Below are positions 15,689 to 26,671 of a stretch of DNA of 64,000 nt, in pieces. The position numbers and the translations under genes are program-made. Source of the DNA: Candidatus Altiarchaeota archaeon (GTDB lineage: Archaea; Altiarchaeota; Altiarchaeia; IMC4; SCGC-AAA252-I15); assembly GCA_043800255.1 (NCBI GenBank), contig JAZDNF010000008.1, forward strand, positions 92,622 to 156,621. Direction: 5' to 3'. Every line of letters begins with the position of its first letter. The first letter of the stretch is position 1. The notes beneath the pieces are model-generated. The model did no database searches, was not told the DNA's origin, and was given only the letters and a program-made list of their open reading frames with translations.

Positions 15689-17077
15689 ATGCAAGTGAGT
15701 ATAAAAAGCAGGAGGATAAGGTCTGCTGAACTCGACCCGCTGTACGTTTACAGCCAGTTCAAGGGAAAGAACACTTACATCCTGGAGTCTGTCGAAGGCG
15801 GCGAGAAGGTCGCAAGATACTCCATCATAGGCTTGAACCCGAAGCTGCGGCTCAGGATAAAGGAGGGGAAGGCAGACTGCAAGACAGACCTGAAACTGAA
15901 GTTAGGAAGAGAGAAAAATCCTCTGAACACGCTTCGGAAGGTGTCCCACAGCTTCTCCCTCAAGGAGGGCACGAAGACCAGGTTCACCGGCGGCCTGGTA
16001 GGGTACTTCTCGTATGACATGGTAAGGTACGCCTACGACATCGGAGACTCTGCGGAGGATGACCTACACCACCCGGACTGCGAGTACGTCATGGCAGGGA
16101 ACAACATCATCTTCGACCACGTGAAGAAGGAAATCCATGTGACAGCCAACGTCATAGGAGACGACGACTCCACGCTCGGGAAGATGGACGACGCATATGA
16201 GACAATCCTGAACCTCCCGCTGGGGAAGAAGGTCTACGAGAGGCCAAGCAGCAGGAAAATCGACTTCCAATCGAATATGACGGAACACGAGTACAAGGAG
16301 TCTGTGAAATCAGCCAAAGAGTACATAAAGGCTGGTGATATATTCCAGGTAGTGCTCTCACAGAGGCTGAGCGCGGAATACGACGAGGATCCATTAAGGG
16401 CTTACAGCTTTCTGAAGAGGATAAACCCGAGCCCCTACATGTACTTCCTCGACTTCGGGGACAGGAAGGTCGCAGGCTCGAGCCCGGAGATGCTTGCGAG
16501 GGTGGAAGACGGCAGAGTGTGGACTCACCCGATAGCAGGCACGAGGCCTAGAGGCAAGACCATAAGGGAGGACCAGAAGCTTGAGAGGGAGATGCTCAAG
16601 GACAGGAAGGAGAGAGCCGAGCATCTGATGCTGGTAGACTTGGGCAGGAACGACGTCGGCAGAGTGGCTGACTTCGGCACCGTCAACGTGAAACGGTTCA
16701 TGAAAGTTGAAAAATACTCCCACGTCCAGCACATAGTCTCTGAGGTAATGGGAGAGATGAGAGACGACAGGGACGAGTTCGACGCCCTCATATCGATATT
16801 CCCGGCTGGAACCGTCTCCGGAGCTCCTAAGGTGAGGGCTATGGAGATCATAGAGGAGCTGGAGCCGACCAGGAGGGGAATCTACGCAGGCAGCGTCGGC
16901 TACTTCTCCTACAACAGGAACATGGACACCGCGATAGCGATACGGACGATAGTGTTCGACAAAAAGAGGGCCTACGCCCAGTCCGGCGGAGGGATAGTGG
17001 CAGACTCGAAACCTCAGAAGGAGTACATGGAGGCCAGAAACAAGGCCAAGGCGCTGCTCAAGGCCATCCGCTATTAG
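15689..17077 (+). CDS. trpE: Anthranilate synthase component I
   Basis: LESVEGGEKVARYS, GDIFQVVLSQR, NPSPYMYF, PIAGTRPRG, EHLMLVDLGRND, AGTVSGAPKVRAM; ATG at 15689 after TTTATAT. Confidence 0.92.
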   Translation: MQVSIKSRRIRSAELDPLYVYSQFKGKNTYILESVEGGEKVARYSIIGLNPKLRLRIKEGKADCKTDLKLKLGREKNPLNTLRKVSHSFSLKEGTKTRFTGGLVGYFSYDMVRYAYDIGDSAEDDLHHPDCEYVMAGNNIIFDHVKKEIHVTANVIGDDDSTLGKMDDAYETILNLPLGKKVYERPSSRKIDFQSNMTEHEYKESVKSAKEYIKAGDIFQVVLSQRLSAEYDEDPLRAYSFLKRINPSPYMYFLDFGDRKVAGSSPEMLARVEDGRVWTHPIAGTRPRGKTIREDQKLEREMLKDRKERAEHLMLVDLGRNDVGRVADFGTVNVKRFMKVEKYSHVQHIVSEVMGEMRDDRDEFDALISIFPAGTVSGAPKVRAMEIIEELEPTRRGIYAGSVGYFSYNRNMDTAIAIRTIVFDKKRAYAQSGGGIVADSKPQKEYMEARNKAKALLKAIRY

Positions 17078-17141
17078 GAAGGTTTTGTTTTACAACCAAT
17101 TGCACACTATTTTTATACGAAATGTAATAACTTTAGACAAA

Positions 17142-18197
17142 ATGGACAAGCTGAACGTCGGCATACTCGGAGCCACAGGAATGGTAGGCCAGAGGTTTAT
17201 CGAAGGACTGGTAGACCACCCGTACTTTGAGATAAAGGCGCTCGCAGCCTCTGAGAGGAGCGAGGGAAAAAGGTACAAGGATGCCGCGAAATGGTACCTC
17301 AGCGGCGAGATACCTGCGGACATAGCGTCAGCAGAGGTCGTTGACATGAGCGAGTCCATCGTCGAGAAGTACGACCTTGACATAATATTCTCAGCAATAC
17401 CGGCGGAAATAGCCGAAAAGGTTGAGGGAAGCTTTGCCAAGAAGATTCCATTGTTTTCGAACACGAAAACATACAGGATGGAGGATGACGTCCCCCTCAT
17501 CATCCCGGAAGTGAACCCGGAGCACCTGAGCCTCCTCGAAGTCCAGAAGAAGAGGAGGAAGTGGGAGGGCTTCATAATAACGAACCCGAACTGCTCGACC
17601 GTGGGGCTTGTCGTGCCGCTGAAGCCGATAATGGACAAGTACGGGCTGAAGTGGGTCAACGTGGCGACCATGCAGGCGCTCTCAGGCGCAGGCTACAACG
17701 GCGTGCCGTCTATGGCCATACTTGACAACATGATACCGTTCATCGGGGGCGAAGAGCCTAAGGTAGAGACAGAGACCCTTAAGATACTCGGGAAGTTCGG
17801 GAACTCGAAGGTAGATTATGCCAAATTCGCCGTGTTCGCGTCCTGCAACAGGATAGCGACCTTGAACGGCCACATGGAAGCGGCCTTCATCGGAACCGAA
17901 AAGGACTGCAGCGAAGACGACATAAAGAAGGCGCTCTCAGGATTCAAGGGCGAACCTCAGAAGCTGAAGCTGCCGTCAGCTCCGAACCCGGTGATAATAG
18001 TCCGGGAGGAGGATGACAGGCCTCAGCCACGGTTGGACAGGGATGCGGGGAAGGGCATGGCAGTCACCTGCGGCAGAATCAGGAAGAAGATGGAGAATGT
18101 GTTCAAGTTCACCTGCCTGTCCCACAACACCATCAGAGGGGCTGCGGGAGCGAGCATACTGAACGCTGAACTGGTGTACAAGAAAGGATTAATCTGA
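17142..18197 (+). CDS. asd: Aspartate-semialdehyde dehydrogenase (archaeal type)
   Basis: [32 protein letters not shown]. Confidence 0.95.
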   Translation: MDKLNVGILGATGMVGQRFIEGLVDHPYFEIKALAASERSEGKRYKDAAKWYLSGEIPADIASAEVVDMSESIVEKYDLDIIFSAIPAEIAEKVEGSFAKKIPLFSNTKTYRMEDDVPLIIPEVNPEHLSLLEVQKKRRKWEGFIITNPNCSTVGLVVPLKPIMDKYGLKWVNVATMQALSGAGYNGVPSMAILDNMIPFIGGEEPKVETETLKILGKFGNSKVDYAKFAVFASCNRIATLNGHMEAAFIGTEKDCSEDDIKKALSGFKGEPQKLKLPSAPNPVIIVREEDDRPQPRLDRDAGKGMAVTCGRIRKKMENVFKFTCLSHNTIRGAAGASILNAELVYKKGLI

Positions 18198-18199
18198 GC

Positions 18200-18403
18200 T
18201 TATCCTGTAGTAACTTTGCCGCGCCTGCGCTCGCCGATGCTGAACGGCTCCATTCCAGCGACCTTGTCTATGGGGGATTCTATCATAATCTTCGGCAGGC
18301 TTGCCTTTACAGCGTCAGGCCTCAGAGGCTGGCCGGTTTCGACCCTCTCATTAATCTCCCTCAGGCCAGGAGGCTTCTTCCTCTCGGACTCGACTTCCCT
18401 CAT
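18200..18403 (-). CDS. Small hypothetical protein
   Basis: 67-aa ORF ending 2 nt from the asd stop (convergent). Confidence 0.45.
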   Translation of the reverse strand: MREVESERKKPPGLREINERVETGQPLRPDAVKASLPKIMIESPIDKVAGMEPFSIGERRRGKVTTG

Positions 18404-18582
18404 GATAGGATATACACAATACTACGATAAAAATCATATGACCTGGCATGTCAAGAACCATCAGCCTCTGAGAGGAGGCAGGTAATGTGGTTCTTGGCAG
18501 AAGATTTCCACGCCAGTCTATAGATTGGTGGAAATCTTGGATTTATATTGTGTGGTCGTATCTTTAATACACGGTGCATGAG

Positions 18583-19068
18583 ATGGCTGACGATTTGCGC
18601 ATTCTGGAGCTGCTTGAGGAGAACGCTGGCCTGACGGAGGATGAGATAGCGAAGATGCTGGACGAGAATCCTGCTAAAGTGAGGAAAAGCATCACAGACC
18701 TCAAAAAGAGGAAGATCATCCTGAAGTCCAAGGCGATAGTAGACTGGAAGAAGGCAGGCAGGCCTTACGCGACGGCTGCGATACAGATCAAGGTGGTGCC
18801 GCAGGAGAGGGCAGGGTTCGCGAGGATATGCGAGACGCTGGCTAAGGACAATAGGGTTACTGACGTGTTCGTGGTCACAGGAGAGTACGACCTCCTCATC
18901 ATGATAAGAGCCGAGAGCCTGGAGGAGGTAAGCGACTTCGTCACCGAAAAGCTGGCCCCGAAGAGGGAGGTTGTCGGAACCTACACTCACATCATAATGA
19001 GCGAGTACAAGAGGGACGGCGCAGCAATATCGAACGACAAGGCCAAGAGGCTTGCCGTCTCCATCTAA
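18583..19068 (+). CDS. Lrp/AsnC-family transcriptional regulator
   Basis: N-terminal HTH (ILELLEENAGLTEDEIAKML), RAM domain VTGEYDL. Confidence 0.9.
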   Translation: MADDLRILELLEENAGLTEDEIAKMLDENPAKVRKSITDLKKRKIILKSKAIVDWKKAGRPYATAAIQIKVVPQERAGFARICETLAKDNRVTDVFVVTGEYDLLIMIRAESLEEVSDFVTEKLAPKREVVGTYTHIIMSEYKRDGAAISNDKAKRLAVSI

Positions 19069-19076
19069 CGGAGAAA

Positions 19077-20228
19077 ATGATTTCTAAACGGGTTAAAAGC
19101 ATACCCTACTCAGGTATCAGGAGGTTCTTCGAACTGGTTGAGCAGAGCGAGGACGTCGTAAGCCTGGGAGTGGGAGAGCCTGACTTCCCCACGCCTGACC
19201 CTATGAAGGAGGCGGGCATCATGGCGATAGAGAGGGATTACACGTCGTACACCTCGAATTACGGGATACTGGAGCTGAGGGAGAGGATAGCAGACAAACT
19301 TAGGAGGGAGAACGGCATCAGAGTCGATCCGAAGAATCAGGTGCTCATAACGACCGGGACCAGTGAAGCATTAGACCTGGTGTTCAGGGCGGTATTGGAG
19401 CCTGGAGACGAGGTCATAGTCCCGGAGCCGTCTTACGTGTCATATAAGCCGTGCGTGTGGTTCACCCACGCGAATCCAGTGCCAGTTCCGACATCGGAGG
19501 AGAATGAGTTCAGGGTGAGGGCAGAGGACATCGAAAAGAGGATAACGAAGAAGACGAAGGCAGTAATAGTTGCGTCACCTAACAATCCCACCGGGAGCGT
19601 CCTGGGCAAAAAGGACCTGAAGCAGATAGCAGACGTCGCATTGGAGCATGACCTCCTCGTAGTGTCAGACGAACTTTACGAGTACCTCATATACGACAAG
19701 ACTAAACACTACAGCATCGCATCCTTCAAGGGGATGGAAGACAACGTCGTGACCATAAACGGCTTTTCAAAGGGATGCGCGTTCACAGGCTGGAGGCTAG
19801 GCTACGCATGCGGCCCTTCCGAGATCATAGAAGCGATGATGAAGATACACCAGTACAGCATGCTCTCAGCGCCGTCCATCTCGCAGTATGCTGCATTGAA
19901 GGCGTTCGATTGCAAGAAGCATGTCAGGAGCATGGTCGCAGAATACGACAGGAGGAGGAAGCTGCTCGTGAAGGGTTTGAATGAGCTAAAGGGCATAAGC
20001 TGCATCATGCCGAAGGGCGCCTTCTACGCGTTCCCCAACATCAGGGAAACACGTATGTCGTCTGAGGATTTCGCGCAGAGGCTCCTGAAGGAGGCCGGTG
20101 TTGCAGTAGTCCCAGGCTCAACCTTCGGGGACTCGGGCGAAGGATACGTCAGATGCTCATACTCTGTTTCCAAGGAGAACATAATAGAGGCCCTGGTGAG
20201 GATGGAAAGGTTCGCCTCAAAGCTCTGA
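19077..20228 (+). CDS. PLP-dependent aminotransferase class I/II (AlaT/AspC-like)
   Basis: LGVGEPDF, SPNNPTG, SDELY, NGFSKGCAFTGWRLG; co-transcribed with Lrp. Confidence 0.92.
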   Translation: MISKRVKSIPYSGIRRFFELVEQSEDVVSLGVGEPDFPTPDPMKEAGIMAIERDYTSYTSNYGILELRERIADKLRRENGIRVDPKNQVLITTGTSEALDLVFRAVLEPGDEVIVPEPSYVSYKPCVWFTHANPVPVPTSEENEFRVRAEDIEKRITKKTKAVIVASPNNPTGSVLGKKDLKQIADVALEHDLLVVSDELYEYLIYDKTKHYSIASFKGMEDNVVTINGFSKGCAFTGWRLGYACGPSEIIEAMMKIHQYSMLSAPSISQYAALKAFDCKKHVRSMVAEYDRRRKLLVKGLNELKGISCIMPKGAFYAFPNIRETRMSSEDFAQRLLKEAGVAVVPGSTFGDSGEGYVRCSYSVSKENIIEALVRMERFASKL

Positions 20229-20275
20229 AGTTGAACAATATCTGATTTTTAGTTCTCGGATGGCCTATATCATAC

Positions 20276-21928
20276 ATGCCAGACGCTAAGCCGAAACAAC
20301 GTATAAGAGACGGTAAAGCATGGCAGACTGTAGAAGGACTCCCTGAGATTCTAAGCGTTAAGGAGGAGAGGAGGAGCACCATAAGAAAGCGTGAAGGCGA
20401 ATGGTATAAGCAAGAGAGGGGCAAATACGGGGTATACGACGATAACGTAAGGGCTTGGACGCACGCAACGCACGTTTCCCACGCCAAAGAGGAATTTCTG
20501 GTCTACCCTACGCAGATAAGGGAGAAGGACAGAACCTCCGAGGAAAGGGTTTATTCTAATGCTATCGCGGTAGACAGCATAACCACAGGCGAGAGGTATA
20601 CTTTATATGAGACTTGGTTTGACAGGACAGGCCGCGGAGAAGTCAGCGAAAAAGACGCTAACCCCGACAAGCACATCAGAAAATGGACTCTCAGGGGCGG
20701 GCCGAAGGACATGTACGCAGGCGCAAGGAAGAGGACGAACTTCCTGCTTAACCCTGATGACGGCATAATAGAGGCCAGGTCCAGGACATCGGGCGAGACC
20801 AGAACCGACTTCGTGCTTGGCGGCAACCTGACGAGCGACGAGAGAAGATTCTTCATAGGCGGCTTCACGACGACGATAGGATACTGGGAGAAACAGTATC
20901 AGATGCTGAAGGACAGCGTACAGCTCTTAACCTATAGGATTAGAGGGCATGACGTCACAAGAGCCGGGAGGCAGATGGAAGACCCGACAGAGTATCTGGG
21001 AAACATCACCAAGAAGCCGGAAGCCTATCTGAAACACTGCGCAAATGACATTGGAGTAGCAATAGACGAGAGCAATAGGATTCTGAGGATACTGCCGGTA
21101 CTTTCAAAAGCGTCTCAGGAGAGCGATGACATACCAGGCGAGTTCAAATTCGCTGACACTAGGAGAACGAACAAGGCTAAAACAGTAGAGCAGGTTGACC
21201 TGATAGGCCACAGCATGGGAGGCATGATCGCAAGGAAATCCATAGTAGACAACCCAGATCACGTCAAGAGCCTGACGCTCGTCTGCTCGCCGCCGGACAG
21301 AGTACTGCTGAGGGACGTTAAAGCCCTGAGCATAGTCTCCGGGCTGCCTGCGAGCGTGCCGATACCGACAGGCGTGAAAGTGGGGGCGTATGTCGGAGCC
21401 AGAATCGTCTGGGACATGCTACCCAAGAGTGTCGGCAGGTCGATAGGAACCAGTCTCGCCACGGCAGGACTGTGGACGCTGAAAAAGCTGGCAACTTCGG
21501 CTGCGATAAGGAACAGTTTGAACGTAGGCTACAGGGCTCAGGCGGCGATCAGGGGGACTAAGGCCATGGACTGGGAGCAGTTCGACACGTACATAGGAAA
21601 ATTCCGGCAGACTCCAGCGTATACACTCCAGCACGCCCTCAAGGCCATGGCATCCTTCAACCCTAAAAGCTTCCGCGAATTCGCAAAATCGCTGGAATGC
21701 ACCACCCCGATAATGATAGTCGCTGGGGGCAGGGACTCGATAGTGGACCCAGCGGACTGCGAGAATGAAGCGAAGGACATAGGAGCGCTTTTCGTGAGCT
21801 TCACGAACTGCGATCATGGCCTCCCCATGGAGGAGCCGGAGCTGTTCCATGATGTGACCGAAGAGTTCATAAGGACCGGCAACGTCACTCCACAGGATGG
21901 GATAGAAGTCAGAGACTACAGGAAGTAG
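20276..21928 (+). CDS. Alpha/beta-hydrolase with long unrecognised N-terminal region
   Basis: Nucleophile elbow LIGHSMGG, acid GGRDSIV, His CDHGLPME. Confidence 0.8.
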   Translation: MPDAKPKQRIRDGKAWQTVEGLPEILSVKEERRSTIRKREGEWYKQERGKYGVYDDNVRAWTHATHVSHAKEEFLVYPTQIREKDRTSEERVYSNAIAVDSITTGERYTLYETWFDRTGRGEVSEKDANPDKHIRKWTLRGGPKDMYAGARKRTNFLLNPDDGIIEARSRTSGETRTDFVLGGNLTSDERRFFIGGFTTTIGYWEKQYQMLKDSVQLLTYRIRGHDVTRAGRQMEDPTEYLGNITKKPEAYLKHCANDIGVAIDESNRILRILPVLSKASQESDDIPGEFKFADTRRTNKAKTVEQVDLIGHSMGGMIARKSIVDNPDHVKSLTLVCSPPDRVLLRDVKALSIVSGLPASVPIPTGVKVGAYVGARIVWDMLPKSVGRSIGTSLATAGLWTLKKLATSAAIRNSLNVGYRAQAAIRGTKAMDWEQFDTYIGKFRQTPAYTLQHALKAMASFNPKSFREFAKSLECTTPIMIVAGGRDSIVDPADCENEAKDIGALFVSFTNCDHGLPMEEPELFHDVTEEFIRTGNVTPQDGIEVRDYRK

Positions 21929-21973
21929 AAAGAGCAGGTATTTTAATCCTATTCCCATTTTTTATTCCAGATC

Positions 21974-24787
21974 ATGGCTGAAGAGGTTGATTTCAAAAAT
22001 GTCGAGGAGAAGTGGCTGAAAAATTGGGAGGACTCTAAAGCCTTCCAGTCGAACCCAGACGGCAGGGAAAGATTCTATATCACCGTAGCCTACCCCTACC
22101 CTTCTGGTAGCATGCACGTCGGCCACGCGCGCACTTACACTGTGCCTGATGTCATAGCCCGCTTCAAGCGCATGCAAGGCTATAACGTCCTGTTCCCCAT
22201 GGCCTGGCATGTGACTGGCACTCCCATAATAGGCGCAGTCAACAGGCTGAAAAACAGGGAGGAAAAGCAGCTCAGGATCCTGAAGGAAGTGTGCGGCGTC
22301 TCGGAATCTGACTTGAAGCAGATGGAGACACCCATGGGCTACGCCCGCTATTTCATAGAGAACCACTACTACGCGTCAATGAGACGGCTCGGGTATACCA
22401 TAGACTGGAGGCGGCAGTTCACCACAAACGACAAGCACTATAACATGTTCGTCACCTGGCAGTACCTGAGCCTGCACAAGAGGGGGCTCCTGAAGGAGGG
22501 ACTGCATCCCGTGAAATACTGCCTCCATGACAGGAACCCGGTGACAACCCACGACCTCCTTGAGGGGGAGGATGCTGACATCCAGGAGTTCACGCTCCTG
22601 AAGTTCAAATTCGACAAGGAGTATCTGATTGCCGCGACACTGAGGCCTGAGACGGTGTTCGGGCAGACTAACATGTGGGTCGGCCCGGACATAGAGTATG
22701 TAAAGGCTAAAGTCGGGAGCGAGAGTTGGATAATAAGCGAACAGTGCGCGAAGAAGCTAGAACTCCAGGGCAAGAAAGTCGAAGTTACGGGGAAGGTTAA
22801 AGGCTCCAGCTTGATAGGAGAGTACTGCACCGCTCCCGGAATAAAAAGGGACATAATAATCCTGCCATCAGGGTTCTGCGACCCTGCGATCGGCTCAGGC
22901 CTCGTGACATCGGTGCCGAGCGACGCGCCCTACGACTGGATGGGCTTGAAGGATTTACAGGAGAACAATGAGCTATGTGAGAAGTACGGCCTCGACTGGA
23001 ACAAGGTAAAGAGCATAGAGGTCATACCAATAATAAGGACAGAGGAGTTTGGCGACAGGGCAGCCTTGAAAGTCTGCGAGGATATGGGAATAACAAGCCA
23101 GAAGGACACTAAAAAGCTCGAAGAGGCGACGAGCATAGTCTACAAGACCGGCTTCCATTCCGGCGTCATGAACGAGAACTGCGGCAGATACAAGGGCATG
23201 GCAGTCGTCAGGGCGAAGGAGAAGGTAAAAGAAGAGCTCCTCGAGAACGGCGAAGCAGACAAGATGCTCGAATTCTCCGAAAAAGTCAGGTGCAGGTGCG
23301 GCGGAGATGTGGTGGTCGCGAACGCGGAATCATGGTTCGTCGACTACAGCAACGAAGACTGGAAAGAGGTTACAAGAGCGGCCATAGGGCAGCTTAACAC
23401 GATACCTGAGAAGACCAAGCAGGAGTACCTTAACACGGTCGACCGGATGCACCCTTGGCCGTGCATCAGGAACTTCGGTCTCGGAACCAGACTGCCGATC
23501 GACGACAGGTTCATGATAGAGCCGCTCTCCGATTCCACGATATACATGGCCTACTATACGATATCCCACATCCTGAAGGAATTGAAGCCGGAGCAGCTGT
23601 CTGAGGAGTTCTTCAGCTATGTCTTCAGGAACGAGGGGAAACCTGATGAAGTCAGCAAGAGAACAGGCATCAAGCTTGAGACGCTAAAAAAGATAAAGGA
23701 AAGCTTCGACTACTGGTACCCGCAGAACTGGAGGTGCTCGGCCTTGGAGCTGATACAGAACCACCTCACGTTCATGATGTACCACCACACAGCCCTCTTC
23801 AACGCGGACAAATGGCCTCGGGGGATAGCAACCTTCGGGATGGGCCTGCTGGAGGGGCAGAAGATGTCCTCTTCGAAGGGGAATGTCGTCCTCCTAAAGG
23901 ACGCGATCGTAAAACACGGCGCAGACGTCATTAGACTGTTCCTCATGGGCAACGCCGAGCCTTGGCAGGATTTTGACTGGAGGGAGAGTTTCGTCCAGAG
24001 CACCTCCAAAAAGATGAGGAACTTCTATGAGATGGTATCGGAGCCAAAGGGCAGCGACCTGGAAGTGAGGGACATCGACAGGTGGCTTCTCTCAAGGCTT
24101 AACAGGACAATCAAGGGAACGACAGAGTCTCTGGAGATATTCCAGACGCGGAAGGCATTGCAGCAGGCGTTCTATGAGATGTTCGGGGACATCAACTGGT
24201 ACATGAGGAGAGCTGAACCTAACCGGAAGGCCCTCTCCAGAGTCTACCACGCCTGGGTCAGGCTGATGGCACCGTTCACCCCCTTCATCTGCGAGGAGCT
24301 GTGGAGTAGGATGGGAGAGAAAGGCTTCATCTCCAACGCAGAGTACCCGAAACCCGATGAGAGCCTGATAAACCCAGAAATAGAGGCCATCGAGAGCATG
24401 ATACAGGCAGTGATGGATGACGTGCAGAACATACTTGACGTCACCAAGGTGACGCCGAAGACAATCCACCTTTACGTCGCTCCGGAATGGAAGCGGAAAG
24501 TCTATAATGCGATAGCAGACAACAGGGGGATGAAGGAGCTGATGGCCGACCCTGAGCTGAAAAAATACGGCAAAGAGATTGCCAACATCATGAAGAAGAG
24601 GAGGGATGAGCTTCCCAGGACGATTGCCACATCATCAAGGGAAAAGCAGGCCCTGGATGATGCTGTTGGATTCTTGGAAGAGGAGTTCAGCTGCCAGTTC
24701 AAAGTCCACGAGAAAGCTGACTTCGACCCTGAGGGCAAGGCTAGATACGCTCTGCCTGCGAAGCCAGGCATCTACATAGAATCCTAG
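21974..24787 (+). CDS. leuS: Leucyl-tRNA synthetase (archaeal type)
   Basis: [43 protein letters not shown]. Confidence 0.97.
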   Translation: MAEEVDFKNVEEKWLKNWEDSKAFQSNPDGRERFYITVAYPYPSGSMHVGHARTYTVPDVIARFKRMQGYNVLFPMAWHVTGTPIIGAVNRLKNREEKQLRILKEVCGVSESDLKQMETPMGYARYFIENHYYASMRRLGYTIDWRRQFTTNDKHYNMFVTWQYLSLHKRGLLKEGLHPVKYCLHDRNPVTTHDLLEGEDADIQEFTLLKFKFDKEYLIAATLRPETVFGQTNMWVGPDIEYVKAKVGSESWIISEQCAKKLELQGKKVEVTGKVKGSSLIGEYCTAPGIKRDIIILPSGFCDPAIGSGLVTSVPSDAPYDWMGLKDLQENNELCEKYGLDWNKVKSIEVIPIIRTEEFGDRAALKVCEDMGITSQKDTKKLEEATSIVYKTGFHSGVMNENCGRYKGMAVVRAKEKVKEELLENGEADKMLEFSEKVRCRCGGDVVVANAESWFVDYSNEDWKEVTRAAIGQLNTIPEKTKQEYLNTVDRMHPWPCIRNFGLGTRLPIDDRFMIEPLSDSTIYMAYYTISHILKELKPEQLSEEFFSYVFRNEGKPDEVSKRTGIKLETLKKIKESFDYWYPQNWRCSALELIQNHLTFMMYHHTALFNADKWPRGIATFGMGLLEGQKMSSSKGNVVLLKDAIVKHGADVIRLFLMGNAEPWQDFDWRESFVQSTSKKMRNFYEMVSEPKGSDLEVRDIDRWLLSRLNRTIKGTTESLEIFQTRKALQQAFYEMFGDINWYMRRAEPNRKALSRVYHAWVRLMAPFTPFICEELWSRMGEKGFISNAEYPKPDESLINPEIEAIESMIQAVMDDVQNILDVTKVTPKTIHLYVAPEWKRKVYNAIADNRGMKELMADPELKKYGKEIANIMKKRRDELPRTIATSSREKQALDDAVGFLEEEFSCQFKVHEKADFDPEGKARYALPAKPGIYIES

Positions 24788-25542
24788 GATGCCGACGCGT
24801 CAATGCAGTCTTCCGCGAAATCGCGTATGACACCCAGATCAAGTTTGCCCTTCTTTGACTGAAGGTTGCTGGGGCAGAACAGCTGCGGGACGGTGCCGAT
24901 GTCATAGTAGCCTGCAGCGCACTCTGGAAGCCGGTCAGATGAGTCTCCCATCAGTATCCTCCTGACAGTGTAAGGTTTCCCCTCATAGTCCAACTCCGCC
25001 AGCTCACCCAAGTACTCATCCACCTCATCGCATCCGGGGCAGTTCATGGAATAGTAGTAGATTATAGTATCAGCCCCTATCCCATATTTTGAGAAGCACT
25101 CACCAGCATTCCCAATGTTAGCCCTCAGGACTTCACATGCCTTTTCATTGAATGTGAGAGTGCACAGCGCCTCCGCAATATTATGCTTGCTCCTCGCTAT
25201 CGTAAGATACGCCCTCCCCTTGTAGACAACATACAGTGAAGGATTATAGACCGTGTCCGAGATGACGGGATTGATGGGAACATCGAACTCAGAGCCTATG
25301 GAATCCAAAACCTGAGCATCACCGTAAAACGTGTCACAATCCTCGCAGGTCGGCGGAACCCTCTTCGAACAGTCAACGCACCTGCCAGGATACATGTAGA
25401 ACACCCCCACATCATCAGAATAATTATAGGAGAACGGAAGCCCCCCATCCGGATTCAAGAAAAAAGCCTGATAAATCCTAAAACCCAAGACGAAACCGAC
25501 CAAAGTCAACAACACAATCATCAACGCAGTCTTAGTCTTCAT
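24784..25542 (-). CDS. Membrane-anchored Cys-rich thioredoxin/glutaredoxin-like protein
   Basis: N-terminal TM; [17 protein letters not shown], cis-Pro-like TVPQLFC. Confidence 0.6.
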   Translation of the reverse strand: MKTKTALMIVLLTLVGFVLGFRIYQAFFLNPDGGLPFSYNYSDDVGVFYMYPGRCVDCSKRVPPTCEDCDTFYGDAQVLDSIGSEFDVPINPVISDTVYNPSLYVVYKGRAYLTIARSKHNIAEALCTLTFNEKACEVLRANIGNAGECFSKYGIGADTIIYYYSMNCPGCDEVDEYLGELAELDYEGKPYTVRRILMGDSSDRLPECAAGYYDIGTVPQLFCPSNLQSKKGKLDLGVIRDFAEDCIDASAS

Positions 25543-25629
25543 CTTTTTTTACCATAATACCACTATAGGTATACCAATTTGTAACCACACTATAAAAAGT
25601 TACAAAACCAGATAATACAAAGATAACAC

Positions 25630-25710
25630 AATGCCAGGGTGGCAGTCAAACCTCGCCTCAAAAAAGGCTCAGACCCGCCACCCCAGAAGAATAAAATGCC
25701 GGGGTGGCGG
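25630..25710 (+). repeat. Duplicated tRNA-Ser 5' end plus antisense segment in the tRNA leader
   Basis: AATGCCAGGGTGGCAG (25630-25645) vs AATGCCGGGGTGGCGG (25695-25710), 14/16 identical; CCGCCACCCC (25675-25684) is the exact complement of 25701-25710. Confidence 0.75.
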
Positions 25711-25839
25711 AGCACGGTTCATCGCGCAAGCCTGGAACAACCTTTTCCCGCCCCTCACGGGGCGGCAAAACGTTAACGAAAAGAATACAGCCAGCTTGTC
25801 GTCCATGCGGCGGCTTGGGTTCAAATCCCAACCCCGGCG
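25698..25839 (+). tRNA. tRNA-Ser(GGA) with 55-nt intron at 37/38 (25738-25792)
   Basis: GCCGGGG/CCCCGGC-G acceptor (G73), CAAGC/GCTTG anticodon stem, CT-GGA-A loop, long variable arm, TTGGG-TTCAAAT-CCCAA T arm. Confidence 0.9.
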
Positions 25840-25984
25840 ATCTACTCAAAGTACAAATCCCCTCCTCATTTTCAGATATTTGGTAGGTATCCCCGATTCT
25901 GCACGTTTCATAAGACCAACATAGGGGCCGGAGAAAAAGAAAATAGCACGAGAGCAAGGGAAAAATAAGGGTGTATAATTAAAG

Positions 25985-26629
25985 TTAGGAGCTTGAATTT
26001 TGTTGAATATCTTGTTGAGACCGGATTACTTCGATTGTTCCAGTGTCTTTTAGAATAACAGTATCATCAGATAGAATTTCAATAAAAAGAGGTACATCTT
26101 GGTTCAATGTAATAATACTGTCTGCAGTTTTCCCAATAAATAATATCTTTCTTTCTGAACCTTCTGCTAATTTGCCATAGGCATATTTGTCAACATTTAT
26201 CGTCCCACCAAAATTACCAGGCTCAGATGACGATCCCAAGAGAGGGTACAATTCAGAGTTAACTGGTCGAATATTTTCAATATGTTCAGGATAATACTTA
26301 ATCACAAGAGTAGTTTCTTCATATATCCTATTACCGAGTGGGTACTCAAGATCCATGCGAGTTATGAATGTAGAATTTTCAGATATTTTTTTAATGCCGG
26401 TTCTATCATTTGCCCACGAGTAGTTGGTATTAATAATATCTCGCAATTCTATGTCAGAAGTTTCAAGAATAGCAATACCTGGCCCTATTGGGTAGATAAG
26501 TTTAATTCTGAAAGATGGTGGATCTGCATTAGTTTGATATGGAACACTCCCTAAACCACCGTTATCCATGCACCCAGATACCATAACTAAGGTGAGAATA
26601 ACTGTACTAATCTCCTTTTTCATCCTCAT
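25985..26629 (-). CDS. Putative lipoprotein
   Basis: MRMKKEISTVILTLVMVSGC lipobox-like N-terminus; AT-rich. Confidence 0.65.
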   Translation of the reverse strand: MRMKKEISTVILTLVMVSGCMDNGGLGSVPYQTNADPPSFRIKLIYPIGPGIAILETSDIELRDIINTNYSWANDRTGIKKISENSTFITRMDLEYPLGNRIYEETTLVIKYYPEHIENIRPVNSELYPLLGSSSEPGNFGGTINVDKYAYGKLAEGSERKILFIGKTADSIITLNQDVPLFIEILSDDTVILKDTGTIEVIRSQQDIQQNSSS

Positions 26630-26671
26630 TATGTTTACATATTTAATATACAGAGGGTATAAAAAGATTAC

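Noticed and set aside
25631-25957. ORFs overlapping the tRNA-Ser locus
   Set aside because: Explained by the tRNA, its intron and leader
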